Of a stretch of DNA of 64,000 bases, positions 62,040 through 64,000 are shown in pieces. The notes beneath the pieces were generated by a model. That model saw only the letters and a list, made by a program, of their open reading frames with translations. It made no database searches and was not told where the DNA came from. Every line of letters starts with the position of its first letter. Position 1 is the first letter of the stretch. Source of the DNA: a virus (Duplodnaviria > Caudoviricetes); IMG/VR virus record IMGVR_UViG_3300023275_000004, positions 61,619 through 125,618 of that record, one strand, 5' to 3'. The position numbers and the translations under genes were made by a program.

Positions 62040-63398
62040 TCACATAACTGCTGATTCACTCCAGCCGCGATCACCGAAGCGCTTACCTACCAAGAACCCT
62101 AGCATTCCTGGTTTAGACCAAACGCCGTTCTTTTGGTAAAACCACTTACTAGACTTTTCTGCTTCAAGAGCAGGACATCCAATATAAGTTCTTCCTCTGT
62201 CTTCTACGAGGCTGTGGTGATGATAGTGAGCACTAACAAACAAACTCACGTCACCAAGTTCATCTGTCCTACCTAGAATTTGCTTCTCGTAAGCGGCCTT
62301 GGTGCGGAACTCAGAACTCTTGCCAGAACCAGAAGCGATGTGCCCATGAGTGAACAGGGTTTTGACTCCACTCAGTGTCAGAACTACATCGGGATCATCG
62401 CCAGCGATATTCCACTCAACATCTAGAGCAGTCTCGTCAAAAAGTTTCTTAACCATACGAGCAATCATTGTTGACGAGTTGTCATACAAACTAGTTGCTG
62501 GCTTGCCATTCTGACGAGTGAACTCACCATGATTAGACACTACAGAAATTACACTTACAGGAAGTCCTGTAGCTAGCGCTTGCTTGATAGTCCACACGCG
62601 CATATCAAAATCCAACTCAAGCTGGCGAGAGAGATCTAGCTCAACTTCATACGCCTGATTAGCGTAATGACCCGCTACTCCCTCATGCTCATCACCCATG
62701 AAGGCTACAACCACCCTTTCAACGCTCTCTAAGGCCCGTACAGCGCCTAAACGTGCTAGATGGTTACTCACCCCCGACTTCCAGCTCTCAAGGGCTTCCT
62801 GAGTCCCTGGCTTGCCTAGCTGAGGGTCAGCCACGCAGATGACGTAGCTGGAAGGATCAACACTTCCGACAGGAACCATTGCACTTACGACATCGTTCTG
62901 AAGCGCAGACTTCCAACCACTAAAGTCGAAGTTTGCTTCAAACTCAGACTCAGAAATTTTCTGAACTCTAGCCTTGTAGGAGTACATACGCTTGGCTTGA
63001 ATCTCACCGTTAGCGTCCTTGGCTCCCATATCCCAAGCCTTGAAAGTAACTGGCTCTACAACCTCAAAAATCTCAGGGTCAAGACCCCAGAGCTTGAGAA
63101 GATTCTGCCAATCACTTATCGGCTCCGAAACAGGACCAGAAGTGATAACTCCTTCATCACCATTAAGCTCTACTCCTGCTGCCCATCCCTTAGGGGAATC
63201 CATAGCAACATCAGTCATCACTCGCTGAGTACTGGTGTTATCCGCTGCCTCAAGAGCCATATTCGCCTGACGGAACCTACGCTTAGAGCGCTTCAGCGTC
63301 TCTATGCTCTTGCCAGGGAAAGCATTCATAAAGTCTGCGTCGGTTTCACAGGCAAGAAGCTTGTCAATATCTTCGCTAGACCATCTAAACGTAGCCAT
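62040..63398 (-). CDS. calcineurin-like metallophosphoesterase
   Basis: ADPQ, GD, SNH, THGH, AHYHH motifs. Confidence 0.85.
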   Translation of the reverse strand: MATFRWSSEDIDKLLACETDADFMNAFPGKSIETLKRSKRRFRQANMALEAADNTSTQRVMTDVAMDSPKGWAAGVELNGDEGVITSGPVSEPISDWQNLLKLWGLDPEIFEVVEPVTFKAWDMGAKDANGEIQAKRMYSYKARVQKISESEFEANFDFSGWKSALQNDVVSAMVPVGSVDPSSYVICVADPQLGKPGTQEALESWKSGVSNHLARLGAVRALESVERVVVAFMGDEHEGVAGHYANQAYEVELDLSRQLELDFDMRVWTIKQALATGLPVSVISVVSNHGEFTRQNGKPATSLYDNSSTMIARMVKKLFDETALDVEWNIAGDDPDVVLTLSGVKTLFTHGHIASGSGKSSEFRTKAAYEKQILGRTDELGDVSLFVSAHYHHHSLVEDRGRTYIGCPALEAEKSSKWFYQKNGVWSKPGMLGFLVGKRFGDRGWSESAVM

Positions 63399-63421
63399 AT
63401 AGTATTCCTTAGTTTGTAGTT

Positions 63422-63703
63422 TCAGTCCTTAATGCGTACGTAAGTTACCGTTGTAACTTCCTTCGCTTCGACTGGATAAAACTCAACAGTGCCCAAGTCT
63501 TCAAACTCGTGATGATAGTTATCACCAGACTGAACACGATAGCTGACTTCCCAGAGCTTACCCTCAGAGTCCTTGATAACTGACTGGTAAATATTTCCCC
63601 AACGCCACTCATCGATTATCTCATTATGTACCAGCTCGTAATCTTGGTGATCTCCACCAACAGCAAGCTGTGCATCGTCAGCCGACAGAACCAAATTAGC
63701 CAT
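63422..63703 (-). CDS. hypothetical acidic protein
   Basis: RBS GGAGG before ATG 63703. Confidence 0.7.
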   Translation of the reverse strand: MANLVLSADDAQLAVGGDHQDYELVHNEIIDEWRWGNIYQSVIKDSEGKLWEVSYRVQSGDNYHHEFEDLGTVEFYPVEAKEVTTVTYVRIKD

Positions 63704-63735
63704 TATTTCCTCCACTTAATACTATTCTTGGTATG

Positions 63736-63765
63736 ATCATAGCAGGTCAACGCCTACTCTGGCAA
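63736..63765 (-). promoter_or_regulatory. sigma70-type promoter
   Basis: TTGCCA-18bp-TATGAT with extended TG. Confidence 0.55.
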
Positions 63766-64000
63766 GATATTTTCTTCGTTGAGCTTCCTGATAGCGGCTA
63801 AAGCCTTCTCCAGAAACGGCTCAATAAGGTCAATAGTGACTCCTCCAACAAGGTCAATGTCAAACCCTAAGCCATTTTCTACGGAATGAGCCGTAAGCAG
63901 AATGCCTGGCCTTCCATCTGTCATCGCTAGGAGAATCTTTTCCTTGTCGGCTGACTGTACTCGCTCAAAGTACGTTACGTTCTCAAAAGTATTATCTGTC
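63754..64000 (-). CDS. hypothetical protein, 5' end outside window
   Basis: open frame ...TDNTFENVTYFERVQSADKEK...ENILPE-stop. Confidence 0.55.
   Translation of the reverse strand, partial: TDNTFENVTYFERVQSADKEKILLAMTDGRPGILLTAHSVENGLGFDIDLVGGVTIDLIEPFLEKALAAIRKLNEENILPE

Overview
This window is part of a large tailed (siphovirus-like) phage genome, with essentially every gene on the minus strand. Gene families suggest an actinomycete host, possibly Micromonosporaceae (inference): WhiG/FliA-like sigma factor, neprosin-like secreted protease, DUF981 protein, actinophage-type holin and lysin. Reading right to left: a metallophosphoesterase and two membrane proteins (61-63.7 kb); head-tail connectors, glycosyltransferase, major tail protein, frameshifted tail chaperones, tape measure and minor tail proteins (42.5-61 kb); replication/recombination/transcription genes (24.4-42.5 kb: SNF2 helicase, two sigma-like factors, dUTPase, DnaB, primase Zn domain, HolA-like protein, family A polymerase, SSB, RuvC-like protein, RecA); and a 24-kb accessory region with NrdAB, thioredoxin, two tail-fibre paralogues and a lysin. 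About 29 recognisable tRNA genes are present, nearly all in the accessory region. Capsid, portal and terminase genes are not in the window. Highlights: (1) an 81-nt tmRNA reduced to its tRNA-like domain, with no tag-coding region, in tandem with an Ala-acceptor RNA with a shortened anticodon arm; (2) other re-engineered tRNAs and tRNA mimics (8/4-fold Sec-like tRNA-Cys, tRNA-Leu with AAG anticodon, tRNA bodies with hairpins replacing the anticodon loop), interleaved with many stem-closed small RNA modules; (3) a recurring sigma28-like CCGAT motif placed inside hairpins that hide the RBS or terminate read-through in front of lysis and virion genes; (4) a PolA with a DnaE-like C-terminal domain near a clamp-loader delta-like gene. 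All calls were made by eye; no database searches were run.
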